Source: a virus
Lineage: Duplodnaviria; Heunggongvirae; Uroviricota; Caudoviricetes
Virus record (IMG/VR): IMGVR_UViG_3300023371_000083
DNA: 64,000 nucleotides
Reading direction: 5' to 3' (one strand)
Below are positions 31,196 to 40,915 of this stretch, one piece after another. Numbering within the stretch: the first letter of the stretch is position 1; the number at the start of each line of letters is the position of its first letter. Below the pieces are notes generated by a model. It saw nothing but the letters and a program-made list of their open reading frames with translations. It searched no databases and was not told where the DNA came from. A program made the position numbers and the translations under genes.

Positions 31196-31393
31196 ATGGT
31201 TACGTTTTTAGGATTCATGGCTATCGCTAGTGGCATTGTTTTGAGGGCATAGCTCACAATCGATCATCATTGTTCTGACAGAGACAAACTAGAACTTAAA
31301 GACATTGCAGGTTATATGGTAATCGCAGGTGTCGCTATCATCTTAATTAATACATGGATTGCAAAGCCAGTGATAATTTGGTTGGGAGGTTAA
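31196..31393 (+). CDS. small membrane protein with TAG at 31250
   Basis: RBS AAGGGGTGA; two hydrophobic segments flank the TAG. Confidence 0.3.
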
Positions 31394-31394
31394 T

Positions 31395-31559
31395 ATGAAC
31401 CCGGTAGTTATTTTAATAGTTATATTAGTTGCTATTGTTATTTGGCTCTGTTTATCCAAAAAGTTTGTTTGGATTGGGGATAAATTATATAACATGTTTA
31501 GCGACACAAGAGATATTTTGAGCGAAGAGTTTGATAAAGAAAAGGAGAACAAAAAATGA
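31395..31559 (+). CDS. small single-TM protein
   Basis: RBS GGGAGGT + ATG; stop overlaps the next ATG. Confidence 0.3.
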   Translation: MNPVVILIVILVAIVIWLCLSKKFVWIGDKLYNMFSDTRDILSEEFDKEKENKK

Positions 31560-32467
31560 TGTATGATTACGAAGCGTATGAAAAAGAAAGAGAAGAAAAA
31601 CGAAAAAAAGTCAAAAAAGGTCTGATTGGTGGCGGTGTTGTTGCATTTGTTTTACTGATCGGTATTGGTTGTGCCGCTGCATGTATCGAAAAAATTCCAA
31701 ACGGCTATTGTGGTGTTCAGTACTCCATGAACGGTGGTATTAAAGATGAAGTTCTAACACAGGGTTGGCATTTCGTATCTCCTTTTGTGCATGTTAAAGA
31801 ATTTACAGTTGCCAATGAACAGCTGGTAATGTCTAAGGATGCGAGAGATGGCAGTGAATCTGATGATAGCTTTAATGTGGCAACAGCAGACGACGCAAGC
31901 ATTGCAATCAGCTTCAGAATGGAATATGCATTTATTCAGGATGAACTTCCTGATACATTCAAGAGATACCGTGGCATGAGTGGTGAAGATATTGTTAATA
32001 ACCGTGTAAGAGGTATTCTGAAATCTAAAATTTCTGAAGTAACAACTAACTATACAATGATGGATATTTACTCCGGCAATCGTAGTGAAATCAACAGAAA
32101 AATTCTGAATCATCTGAACGAAGAATTTAAAGATACATATGGTATTACAGTAATCAATGCAGATATTATTGATGTACATCCAGATGCACAGCTACAGCAG
32201 ACAATTGATAATCGTGTAAAAGCACTGCAGCAGAAACAAGAGGCTCAGGCTAAACAAGAAACAGCAAAAGTAGAAGCCGAAACAGAACTGATCAAAGCTA
32301 AGAATGCGGCTGATATTGAAATCACAAAAGCAAAGGCTGAAGCAGAAGCCAACAGAGTTATCTCTGAAAGTATTACACAGGGTCTGATTGATATGAAAAA
32401 TGCAGAAGCAAGAATGCAGCATGGCTGGGTAACAATTAAGGGCGCAAATACTGTTGTAACAAAATAA
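31556..32467 (+). CDS. SPFH/band-7 (stomatin/HflK/C-like) membrane protein with C-terminal coiled coil
   Basis: N-terminal TM, then a TQGWHFVSPF...SPFH-like core and an EA/K-rich coiled coil. Confidence 0.6.
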   Translation: MMYDYEAYEKEREEKRKKVKKGLIGGGVVAFVLLIGIGCAAACIEKIPNGYCGVQYSMNGGIKDEVLTQGWHFVSPFVHVKEFTVANEQLVMSKDARDGSESDDSFNVATADDASIAISFRMEYAFIQDELPDTFKRYRGMSGEDIVNNRVRGILKSKISEVTTNYTMMDIYSGNRSEINRKILNHLNEEFKDTYGITVINADIIDVHPDAQLQQTIDNRVKALQQKQEAQAKQETAKVEAETELIKAKNAADIEITKAKAEAEANRVISESITQGLIDMKNAEARMQHGWVTIKGANTVVTK

Positions 32468-32468
32468 A

Positions 32469-32798
32469 TTGGAACGAATGGGCGGGGTTCATTCTCCGCC
32501 CTATTGGAGAAGTAGTATGAAAAAAGAAGATTTTGAATTTATCAAACTGGATGAAAAATATAAAGACTATTGGTTCAAGGTAAAAGATAGATCTGTGTCT
32601 GAGGCAGTTTTAACTGAACGATATATGGAGCAATCTATGGTTTGTGTATCTGAGGTTGTTTATTCTGTTCACGATGATGTTTTAGGTGTAAAGCAGCTAT
32701 TTCCATTTAGCTTTTATGTATTACCAGTGCAAGATGAAGAATTGAAAAAAATAATTTTTTCTTTAATTGATGATATTAAAAAGGAAGAAGTGAAATAA
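32469..32798 (+). CDS. hypothetical protein
   Basis: ORF track. Confidence 0.35.
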   Translation: MERMGGVHSPPYWRSSMKKEDFEFIKLDEKYKDYWFKVKDRSVSEAVLTERYMEQSMVCVSEVVYSVHDDVLGVKQLFPFSFYVLPVQDEELKKIIFSLIDDIKKEEVK

Positions 32799-33713
32799 AT
32801 GCAATTTTGTAGCAAAGAAGATATTAAAGATTATATTGAAACAAGAAAAGCAGATATCAAAAAATCCGTTCAAAAAAATACCAGCATGGGATTTGATGTT
32901 CCCACACTGGCGATTATTCAAGTCGGTAGCAATCCTGCATCTAACAAATATGTAAATGGCAAAATTAAGGATTGCGAAGAAGTTGGAATGAAAGCTGTAT
33001 TACATAAATTTAATGAAGACATTGAACCTGTAGATTTTGGAACAGAGATTATTAAAATCATGCATGATGAAATGATTCATGGTGTAATTATCCAGAAACC
33101 ACTGCCCGAAAAATTAGAAAAATATTTTGATAAGTTTGTAAAAATGATTCCAAAGAAAAAGGATGTCGATGGATTTAGAAAAGATACTGAGTTCGATCCT
33201 TGTACTCCTAAAGGAGTGGTGGATTATATTGAAAGCAGACAGGGTAAAGACTGGCTGACAGGTAAAGATGTTGTCATTATCAATCGTACAGAATTGGTTG
33301 GTAGGCCACTTGCAAAAATGATGTTGGATAGAAATGCGACAGTTACTGTTTGTCATAGTAAAACAGAGCGTCTGCGGAATCATTGCCAGTATGCAGACAT
33401 TGTTGTGAGTGCTATTGGCAAACCTAAAATTTTAATTAGAGACTATGTTAAGCATGACAGTGTATGTTTTGATGTAGGAATTAGTTTTGATGAAAACGGA
33501 AAAATGTGTGGCGATTTTGACAGAGATAACGTAATGAAAATAACAGATTATTGCACACCTGTTCCTGGCGGCGTCGGTTTACTGACAAGAATTGCTCTTG
33601 TAGAAAATGTATTAAAAGCATATGAAAATCAGAAGTATAGAGCAAGTATGATTCCTAATGCAGAAAAGGATGAAAACAATGTGGGGAATTACAAGTCTTA
33701 TGAGAGAAAATAA
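32799..33713 (+). CDS. folD: bifunctional 5,10-methylene-THF dehydrogenase/cyclohydrolase FolD
   Basis: [18 protein letters not shown]...IIQKPLP...[14 protein letters not shown]...VPGGVGLLT are FolD signature blocks. Confidence 0.75.
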   Translation: MQFCSKEDIKDYIETRKADIKKSVQKNTSMGFDVPTLAIIQVGSNPASNKYVNGKIKDCEEVGMKAVLHKFNEDIEPVDFGTEIIKIMHDEMIHGVIIQKPLPEKLEKYFDKFVKMIPKKKDVDGFRKDTEFDPCTPKGVVDYIESRQGKDWLTGKDVVIINRTELVGRPLAKMMLDRNATVTVCHSKTERLRNHCQYADIVVSAIGKPKILIRDYVKHDSVCFDVGISFDENGKMCGDFDRDNVMKITDYCTPVPGGVGLLTRIALVENVLKAYENQKYRASMIPNAEKDENNVGNYKSYERK

Positions 33714-33960
33714 TCACACTGGAGCCAACGAAATTGATACATATATTTCAGAAGTAAATAGTCAGGATAACTTTATTGCTGAAGTTAATTCTTTGCCGAT
33801 GCCGGAAAGTTATCCTCACGAAAATGATAGATTTTACATTCCAGAAGAATATAAAAATATGACTAGCAAACAATTAAAAAATGCTAAAAAAGCATGGGAA
33901 AATTATTTTAAAGAAAGAGAAAAAATGAGGGAATCATTATTTGGAGAAGGAGCAACTACC

Positions 33961-34401
33961 ATGAATAAAAAAGAAATTAAAATTAAATATTTTACAGATG
34001 AAATCGAAAAGCTTCGCTATATTGATGGAAAATCTGATTGGATTGATCTTAGAGCAGCAGAAGATGTTTCAATTAGTGCTGGTGAATTTAAACTAATCCC
34101 TCTTGGTGTGGCAATGCAATTACCAGAAGGTTACGAAGCACATATTGTTCCTCGTAGTTCTACATTTAAAAATTTTGGCGTGATTCAGACAAATCACATG
34201 GGCGTTGTTGATGAAACATATTGCGGCGATAATGATCAGTGGTTTATGCCTGTATATGCGGCGAGAGATACTGTAATTAAAACAAACGACAGGGTTTGCC
34301 AGTTTAGAATTGTAGAACATCAGCCAGCGATTGATTTTATTGAAGTTGAAGAGCTGGGAAATGATGACAGAGGCGGTCATGGCAGTACAGGCAAGCAGTA
34401 A
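33961..34401 (+). CDS. dut: dUTP diphosphatase (trimeric dUTPase); possible N-terminal extension from the ATG at about 33700
   Basis: IVPRSS, YCGD and C-terminal RGGHGSTG motifs. Good RBS GGAGAAGGAG before MNKKEIK. Confidence 0.7.
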   Translation: MNKKEIKIKYFTDEIEKLRYIDGKSDWIDLRAAEDVSISAGEFKLIPLGVAMQLPEGYEAHIVPRSSTFKNFGVIQTNHMGVVDETYCGDNDQWFMPVYAARDTVIKTNDRVCQFRIVEHQPAIDFIEVEELGNDDRGGHGSTGKQ

Positions 34402-34413
34402 GAGGTGATATTG

Positions 34414-34707
34414 TTGATTAAAAGAGCATATGCAAGACATCTTGCTGATAAATATAATTAGAATATAGAGAGTCTGATTATCGAAGCAGCAAACATGGGT
34501 AAATATGAAATTGAGTATATTGTACCAATTCCTTCTGATAAACCTTGGTGTAAGTATGACTATCAAGATAAGGCATATCAATTAGCACACAATATTGAAA
34601 AAAATGGATATCAAGTTGAAGTGAGATGTGAAGAAATCGCCGCAACAAATACAATCGGTAAAAGTGTATACACATCCATATCATATATTTTAAAAATTAA
34701 ATGGTGA
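34414..34707 (+). CDS. hypothetical protein with TAG at 34459
   Basis: TTG start follows RBS GAGGTGA; in frame with ORF 34495. Confidence 0.3.
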
Positions 34708-34711
34708 TATT

Positions 34712-34846
34712 ATGAAAAAAGAATAGCCGGAAAAAGAAACATTAATAGAAGAATTCTTGCGTGTAAATAATATTACAACTCAGGAAGACTTGGAAGAATA
34801 GATCAAAAACCATAAAACTATAAATATAGCTTTGTTTACCAAATAA
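34712..34846 (+). CDS. small ORF with two in-frame TAGs, ending in TAA just before a terminator
   Basis: Direct read; 45 codons. Confidence 0.25.
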
Positions 34847-34851
34847 ATAAA

Positions 34852-34890
34852 AAGAGTGGCTATTTTTAGGTAGCCACTTTTTTTTATGCA
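34852..34890 (+). terminator. rho-independent terminator (GAGTGGCTA...TAGCCACTTTTTTTT)
   Basis: Perfect stem followed by a T-run; closes the plus-strand operon. Confidence 0.55.
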
Positions 34891-34941
34891 AAAAATATGT
34901 TATTATAAATGATAAATGTTTTTTTAGATAAGGAGTGAGTT

Positions 34942-35103
34942 ATGTTAAATAATAAAGATATGAACGAGCTAGAAAGACAGCGTTATTATATGAATATCGT
35001 TAAAGAGAAAGTGGCTCAAAAAAGTCGAGAACTTGGTAGACCACTTTTCATGACAGTTAAAACCTTCGGCTGTCAGATGAACAATACTAACATGATATTG
35101 TAA
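34942..35103 (+). pseudogene. miaB: 5' fragment (53 codons) of a miaB-like tRNA methylthiotransferase gene with its own promoter-like sequence and RBS AAGGAG
   Basis: ...GRPLFMTVKTFGCQMNNTN matches the MiaB N-terminal MTTase motif (TYGCQMNxxDSE region), then stops abruptly 12 nt from the recombinase stop codon. Confidence 0.5.
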
Positions 35104-35130
35104 ACCTTGATATATCAACGATATAAGAAG
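35090..35130. other. candidate attP/att core (perfect palindrome TTGATATATCAA overlapping the recombinase stop)
   Basis: Position lies between the miaB fragment and the serine recombinase; palindrome read directly. Confidence 0.25.
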
Positions 35131-36770
35131 TTCTGTGTTAAGCCATTCTTAAATTTAATTGCCAAAACTGTGCTGTTATCACCCACAGAAACATAATCAA
35201 TAACATTATTGAAGAAATCTTGTAGTTGTTTTTCATCAACATTCACGGCTAATTCTTGATAGGAAATTTCTTTTCCTCTGCCGAGTTCCCAGTCGATGAT
35301 ACATCTATCAAGTAATTTATTGTCAACCAGTGGAAGCATTGCATCTTTATTCTGATTTGCTGCATGTATCTGCTGGTTGATTTCATTTAATTCAGCAGTT
35401 AATTTTGTTCTTTTTTCGAGATAATCTCTTTCAGGCATACTGTCATCAGAAAACAGATATAAATCATCCAACCTTTTTAAAGCTCTCTCGATTTTTTCTT
35501 GACGCTGTTTAAATACTTCTGTGTCAGAATATTCAGTATTATGACTGACTGTGATAAGTTTATTCGGCTTGTAACCACATTTTAAAACTTCTTTTATATC
35601 CTCGATACTCTGTTGACTGATATATGCAACATCTTTGAAGGCTTTACCAGATAGTAATCTTTCTTCTAAGTTAGTAAAGTCTTTACTGTTTTGAATGGTA
35701 ATCATATTACTCATATAATTTAAAATGAAATTACCAAGATATGTATCCGTGATAGCGCCTTTACTCATACAGGTATTACCGTGCATTCTGTTAGAGCATC
35801 TATAAGAAGAAGGGTGGTATCCATTTTTTCTTTTAGTATCTTTGTGTGCAGATGTGCCTCCGCCACATAATCCACATTTTAATAAACCGCTAAAAGAATG
35901 TGTATGACCGCCCACAATTCTTCGTCTGCATGGTTCAGCTCTTTTTTGAAGAATTGCATTCACTTTATCAAACTGTTCTTGTGAAATAATTGCTTCATGA
36001 TTATTTGGTACAATGACCCATTCTTCTTCTGGTCTAATCTTACCTCTACCACTTTCTTGGTAGTTGTATCTTAGTGTACCAATGTAGAAGGGGTTTCTTA
36101 GCGTCTGTGTGATGGATTTAGCATACCAGTTACCATTTCTCTTGGTTGGAATCTTTCGTTCATTTAAGAGCCTTGCAATGCGTAATACGGATGGTTCTCT
36201 TTCGTATTCATCAAAAATCATTTGTACAATCTTCTTTTCATCTTCATCAACAACTGGATACATGCTTTCTGGATCAAATTTGTATCCTAATGGAGCCGCT
36301 GTGCCATTCCATTTACCTTCTTTGGCTCGTGAAATCATTGTTGCTCTTACTCTGACTGCAGTCATTTCTCGTTCCAACTGAGCAAATGTCATGATGATAT
36401 TCAACATTGCTCGACCCATAGGTGTGTCTGTCTGAAAATTATCAGTCTTACTTACAAACTGAATATCTAAATCTTCAAACTCATCCCACATTTTTGCGAA
36501 GTCACCAATGTTTCTAGAAATTCTATCTAGTTTCCAAACTACAACATGAGAAAATTCTTTATTTCTCAACCTTTGCATCATACTCTGAAAAGCGGGACGA
36601 TCTGTATTCTTAGCAGAATACCCAGCATCTTCAAAAATTTCATAATCTTTGACACCAAGAACAATCTCACAATAATTGATTAAATCTTTTTTCTGCATTG
36701 GAAGTGAATCTTTATCTGCTTGATAAATTGTACTTACTCGTACATAGATTGCTGCTTTACTGTTTTTAAT
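35115..36770 (-). CDS. large serine recombinase (integrase); N-terminus extends upstream of the track's M to include the catalytic YVRVST; probable non-ATG (ATT) start after RBS AAAGGAGGT
   Basis: Resolvase domain (AAIYVRVST found by extending the frame), recombinase domain, Cys-rich zinc ribbon, coiled coil. Stop is TGA. Confidence 0.85.
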   Translation of the reverse strand: MKNSKAAIYVRVSTIYQADKDSLPMQKKDLINYCEIVLGVKDYEIFEDAGYSAKNTDRPAFQSMMQRLRNKEFSHVVVWKLDRISRNIGDFAKMWDEFEDLDIQFVSKTDNFQTDTPMGRAMLNIIMTFAQLEREMTAVRVRATMISRAKEGKWNGTAAPLGYKFDPESMYPVVDEDEKKIVQMIFDEYEREPSVLRIARLLNERKIPTKRNGNWYAKSITQTLRNPFYIGTLRYNYQESGRGKIRPEEEWVIVPNNHEAIISQEQFDKVNAILQKRAEPCRRRIVGGHTHSFSGLLKCGLCGGGTSAHKDTKRKNGYHPSSYRCSNRMHGNTCMSKGAITDTYLGNFILNYMSNMITIQNSKDFTNLEERLLSGKAFKDVAYISQQSIEDIKEVLKCGYKPNKLITVSHNTEYSDTEVFKQRQEKIERALKRLDDLYLFSDDSMPERDYLEKRTKLTAELNEINQQIHAANQNKDAMLPLVDNKLLDRCIIDWELGRGKEISYQELAVNVDEKQLQDFFNNVIDYVSVGDNSTVLAIKFKNGLTQNFLYR

Positions 36771-37003
36771 AATAATACCTCCTTTTAATCGTCAGCAAAC
36801 AACATACCTTTTGCATTAATAAAAGCACTCCTTATACTTTCATTGTAACAAGATGGTGTTTTGCTGTATAGTACAAAATTTTTTGATAATAACATATTTT
36901 TTGCATAAAAAGTTTCTATAATGTAAATAAATATCCATATATTACCGCTTGTAAATTTAAGGAAGCCATACTACACTTATATTAAGAGAAAGGGGAGAGA
37001 ATA

Positions 37004-37228
37004 ATGGCTAGAAGACCTAAAGAATACAAAACGACTGAACAAAAAATTATGGATGTAGTAAATGAAATTCAGATAACTGAAGAACATTTAACTGAATTAA
37101 AAAATCAGAAAAAATTATTAGAAAGAGATTTAGAACAAGAAAAAATTGATGTACTATTAATGTCAATTAAAAATAAAAATATTTCTATTGACAAAGCAAA
37201 AGAAATTATTGATAATATGCAAGAGTAA
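37004..37228 (+). CDS. small coiled-coil protein (74 aa) between integrase and lysis genes
   Basis: RBS AAAGGGGAGAG; followed by a terminator. Confidence 0.4.
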   Translation: MARRPKEYKTTEQKIMDVVNEIQITEEHLTELKNQKKLLERDLEQEKIDVLLMSIKNKNISIDKAKEIIDNMQE

Positions 37229-37265
37229 CATCCACAGTTATTCCATCTTTCTAAATCCAAGAATT

Positions 37266-37292
37266 GCCCGCTATTTGCGGGCTTTTCTATTT
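37266..37292 (+). terminator. rho-independent terminator (GCCCGCTATTTGCGGGC + T-run)
   Basis: Direct read. Confidence 0.5.
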
Positions 37293-37294
37293 GT

Positions 37295-37328
37295 AAAAAA
37301 ATAGGGAGGCATAGATAATGCACTCCCT
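37295..37328 (-). terminator. rho-independent terminator closing the minus-strand late operon (AGGGAG...CTCCCT + T7)
   Basis: Direct read on the minus strand, immediately after the endolysin stop. Confidence 0.5.
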
Positions 37329-37340
37329 AAATTCTTTATA

Positions 37341-38063
37341 TTATTTCTTTTTATCTAAAATAGGTGTACCACCTTTATTAGAAATATTGTAACCGAATAT
37401 TGCACCAATGTCTCTGGTTTTAATATATGTATAACCATCTTTATTAATCATTTCGACAGTATACTCTTCGCCATCAACAATAATATTTTCTCTTACAATC
37501 ACTTCATCGTCCTCCTTATATTTTTCAGGAATTTCAATTTCCCAGTAATATTTTTGCTGTTTTATGAAGCGATCCCAAGGCATTTTAGAACAAATTTCTT
37601 TTTTATTATAAGGATCGTTAATAAGAACATTGTCACCATCCATTGCATAACAAAGAATATAATGTCCAGAAGATGTAAAATCGCCTTTTCCAGCAACTGC
37701 AATAATCCAATTGCCATTCTCTAACGATTTTCTAACTTCTTTGTGAACAGATGCGTTTGGTTTATTATAACAGTTAGCACTGTTCATCATTCTACATTTT
37801 ATTCCATACTCAGCCATCTGTGGTTTGAAATAAGCGTAGTATGTACCTTGTTTTAATGCTTTATATCCATGTGATTTAGACCATTCAGCAGTATCGATAG
37901 GTGTTACTGTTTTGCCGGTTATTGAAGAAATAACCATAGCAGAACAAGTAATCCCACATCCTTCTGCTTTAATGGTTGTCTGTTCTCCTTTGGTAGAGTA
38001 ATCATGGTTTGCCCATTTTGGATCTGTCTGATAATACATCACAGGTCTGCCTAATTTATTCAT
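37341..38063 (-). CDS. endolysin: C39-like/NlpC-type cysteine peptidase domain plus C-terminal cell-wall-binding repeat domain
   Basis: YQTDPKWANHDY...GCGITCSAMV...GHYIL peptidase signature. Start at MNKLGR follows RBS GGAGGTG. Sits last in the late operon. Confidence 0.6.
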   Translation of the reverse strand: MNKLGRPVMYYQTDPKWANHDYSTKGEQTTIKAEGCGITCSAMVISSITGKTVTPIDTAEWSKSHGYKALKQGTYYAYFKPQMAEYGIKCRMMNSANCYNKPNASVHKEVRKSLENGNWIIAVAGKGDFTSSGHYILCYAMDGDNVLINDPYNKKEICSKMPWDRFIKQQKYYWEIEIPEKYKEDDEVIVRENIIVDGEEYTVEMINKDGYTYIKTRDIGAIFGYNISNKGGTPILDKKK

Positions 38064-38101
38064 TGGTTTCACCTCCAAACAATAAAAAAAGAACAGGGGG
38101 G

Positions 38102-38428
38102 TTAACCCTGTTCAATAATGTCTGTTTTTAACTCGGCATCTGTATTAGAAATATCAATACGAAGTTCTGTGACAGCACGTTTAATATAAGCTTTAACTTC
38201 TTTTTCATCAAAAGTGATTTTATATTTATTCAGAAATTCCACCATTGCATCCCAAACCTACTGTGCTTTATCTTCTATTTCGCCAGTGATATGTAACTCA
38301 TTCGCTGCAGAAACCAGTGTTTTTGCAACTTTTAAAATTACTGTTCCTTTCAGCATAGGAATCCAATATTTCTTACTAAAGAATACAATACAAATAATTA
38401 ATAATTCAAAAATCCATGTAATATCCAT
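38102..38428 (-). CDS. holin-like small membrane protein with in-frame TAG at 38258
   Basis: RBS AAGGAGG; N-terminal TM; 108 codons ending TAA. Immediately upstream of the endolysin. Confidence 0.45.
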
Positions 38429-38446
38429 TTTCGATGCCTCCTTATA

Positions 38447-38788
38447 TTAGAAATTAGGGTAATCATTACTTACTTCTGCCATCTCTTCGTAAATAAAATC
38501 GTCACCATATTTCTTTTTCATTTCATTGATATTCTTCAGTCTTTCCATTTCAATATCCACTCTATCTTTCTGTTTACATCTAAAAGCATAGCACATTAAT
38601 GCAATTGCACCTAAAATACAAACATATTTAATGAGATCAGGAAGGGCAGAGTAGTCTCCAGATTCTGTCATTGCTCTCGTACACCAATGAATAAACCAAG
38701 CGACACCAATCATTACTCCGCCAACTAAAACTTTAGAATACTCTTTTTTTCTTTTTGGTTTAACTGCAGTAGTTTTTTTGGTAGCCAT
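38447..38788 (-). CDS. two-TM membrane protein (holin/antiholin candidate)
   Basis: Two hydrophobic helices and a charged C-terminus. RBS GGTGGTGAAAC. Confidence 0.45.
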   Translation of the reverse strand: MATKKTTAVKPKRKKEYSKVLVGGVMIGVAWFIHWCTRAMTESGDYSALPDLIKYVCILGAIALMCYAFRCKQKDRVDIEMERLKNINEMKKKYGDDFIYEEMAEVSNDYPNF

Positions 38789-38802
38789 GTTTCACCACCT
38801 CA

Positions 38803-39378
38803 TTCTTCAAATTCATCAACTACAGACCATGTATAAATTTCTGGCTGAACAATGTTTTGAACAAAACTATTGCCATTGACCGCAAACTATTCTTCAACCA
38901 ATCCTTCCAAAGCATCCAGCTCCATAGCTGTAATCTTTTTAGTTTTATGATGCAAACGATATGCTCTCATTATTTTATCTTTTAATTCTGCACGAATTCT
39001 TTTTTGATTGCGTTCTTCACTTTCTGCAAAACGCTGGTCTGTTTTTCTTTGATTTTCTTGCATCATCCTAGACAATTCTGTAAGCTGTGTGGCTAATTGA
39101 GTATTAGCATCAATAAGTTGTTTTTGAATTTCAAATGATTGCTCACGGTCATGTTTACGATTATCTTCATATGCACAAATTCTGTCATGATCCGATAACA
39201 ACATATTCAGTAACTCATCTTTCCGTTTTCTCGTCTGATACCAAGAATCCCAAAGACCTTTGATATCTTTTCTGTTTGATAAAAACCACCCAATCACAAC
39301 TCCTAAAATAATCAAACTAACAAGAAGAGTAGAAGAGGGGATTCTATCTATATAATCAATTAATTCGGTAAGTGTCAT
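38803..39378 (-). CDS. membrane-anchored coiled-coil protein; ORF-track stop at 38887 is TAG with a 28-codon in-frame extension to TGA
   Basis: Direct read of the extension ...LVEE[TAG]FAVNGNSFVQNIVQPEIYTWSVVDEFEE*. Confidence 0.35.
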
Positions 39379-39443
39379 TTTCTCACCGCCTTTTCCTCCG
39401 AAAGTGTTGCAATCATATAAAGCCTCGCTTTCTACAAAATTAC

Positions 39444-40265
39444 TTATTGTTTTCTAAGCTTATCTCGAATCTTTTTTTCAGAATCATATATGTTAATATA
39501 ATGTGTGCCAAGAATTTTAGGGATACGATTTATTTGAGAAATCAGTTCTTCTAATTCAGCGATATCCAGACTACATTTATGATCTGTACCTTCCATAGTT
39601 TTGTCTAATGTAATATGTCTTTCAATAATATCTGCACCTTTAATAACAGAAATCAGAGTAGGCAGCGTATCAATTTCATGACCGCTATATCCAATTGCTA
39701 AAGTGGGGTACATGTTTTTTAATCTTGTAATAACATTTAAATCCAACTCATCGTCAGCACATGGGTAAGTACTATTACAATGTAAAATACCAAGTAAATT
39801 ATCTAAGTTATATATTGCATTTAAAACTTCTGGTTCAGTGCTCATCCCATCAGAAATAATAACAGGAATACCCCAATCATTAATGGCATGGATTAATTCC
39901 ATGTCTGTAATACATGCACTTGGAATCTTGATAAAAGGTATATCATAACTATATTGCTTCATAAATTCAACACTATTTACATCCCATACACTAACAGTCC
40001 ACTTAATACCAATTTTTTGACAAAACTGATTAATAATATCGTATTCTGTTTTACCAAATTCAATTGACTTTTTATATTCAAGATAAGTCATTTCTTCACC
40101 TTTCCAGATGCGTTTAACATTTTTTTGATGTTCAGGAACACAAAAGTCTGGATCACGCTTCTGAAACTTTACAACATCAACACCACATCGTTTTGCTTCT
40201 TGAATTAACTGTAGTGCTGTGTATAATTCTCCGTTATGATTAATTCCAATTTCTCCAATAAACAT
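39444..40265 (-). CDS. NeuB-family nonulosonic-acid (Neu5Ac/KDN-9-phosphate-type) synthase, lacking C-terminal SAF domain
   Basis: FIGEIGINHNGEL...GVDVVKFQ is the NeuB/SpsE signature. Confidence 0.65.
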   Translation of the reverse strand: MFIGEIGINHNGELYTALQLIQEAKRCGVDVVKFQKRDPDFCVPEHQKNVKRIWKGEEMTYLEYKKSIEFGKTEYDIINQFCQKIGIKWTVSVWDVNSVEFMKQYSYDIPFIKIPSACITDMELIHAINDWGIPVIISDGMSTEPEVLNAIYNLDNLLGILHCNSTYPCADDELDLNVITRLKNMYPTLAIGYSGHEIDTLPTLISVIKGADIIERHITLDKTMEGTDHKCSLDIAELEELISQINRIPKILGTHYINIYDSEKKIRDKLRKQ

Positions 40266-40267
40266 AT

Positions 40268-40915
40268 TTAAAACTCCTCTTTAATCCTTACAATATCGTC
40301 TAGTTCAATTGTAGAACTTTCAATAATGACTAAATCTGTAATGGCTTTTACTTGATGAATTGTGCCAGCCGGAATTCTGATAGTGTCACCAATATTTATA
40401 CGAAACTCTTTTCCGTCTACTTTGGCAATCCCAACACCTTCAACAACATGCCATGTCTCATGTTTTTTAACATGATATTGTAGAGATATATTTAATCCTG
40501 CATCAATATGCAATCTTTTCATTGCATAGTTTTTAGTGATGTCCAGTAAATACTCTTTACCCCAACGCTTGTTGATTACAGTTAAACTTTCGGCATCATC
40601 TTTAGATATCAAATAATTTGCATTACAACCCTTATCATCTATGTAAACATCTGCAGCGGGTTTGCCAAATCTCAGTTCATGCTATTTTACACCCCAATCA
40701 GATAATTGTTGCGTTGTAAGATCGAACCAATCAATTCCAGTTTCTGTGCCACGAGCAGTATAATAAACCACTTTATTTCCGTTATCATACAAAGTGTTTG
40801 CCATTTGTATCATATCCATATATGGTTTTGCGTCCGCATAATTTTCTTCTTGACTACAGATAGTTCCATCAATATCAAAAATGTACTTTAGAGGTTTCGT
40901 ATTTGAATTTTGCAT
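40268..40915 (-). CDS. HAD-IIIA phosphatase (KdsC/nonulosonate-9-P phosphatase-like) fused to a C-terminal cupin domain; in-frame TAG at 40682
   Basis: FDIDGTI (motif I) ... YYTAR ... [TAG]HELRFGKPAADVYIDDK (motifs III/IV) span the TAG, followed by a small cupin beta-barrel. RBS AAGGAGG before M19. Confidence 0.6.

Noticed and set aside
22068-34846. Alternative explanation of in-frame TAGs as pseudogenisation of a decaying prophage
   Set aside because: Only TAG is involved, never TAA/TGA. Frames, RBSs and conserved motifs are perfectly maintained across each TAG. Essential late genes (Tal, Dit, holin) are affected while a 3.3-kb dnaE has none. This pattern is not expected for random decay.
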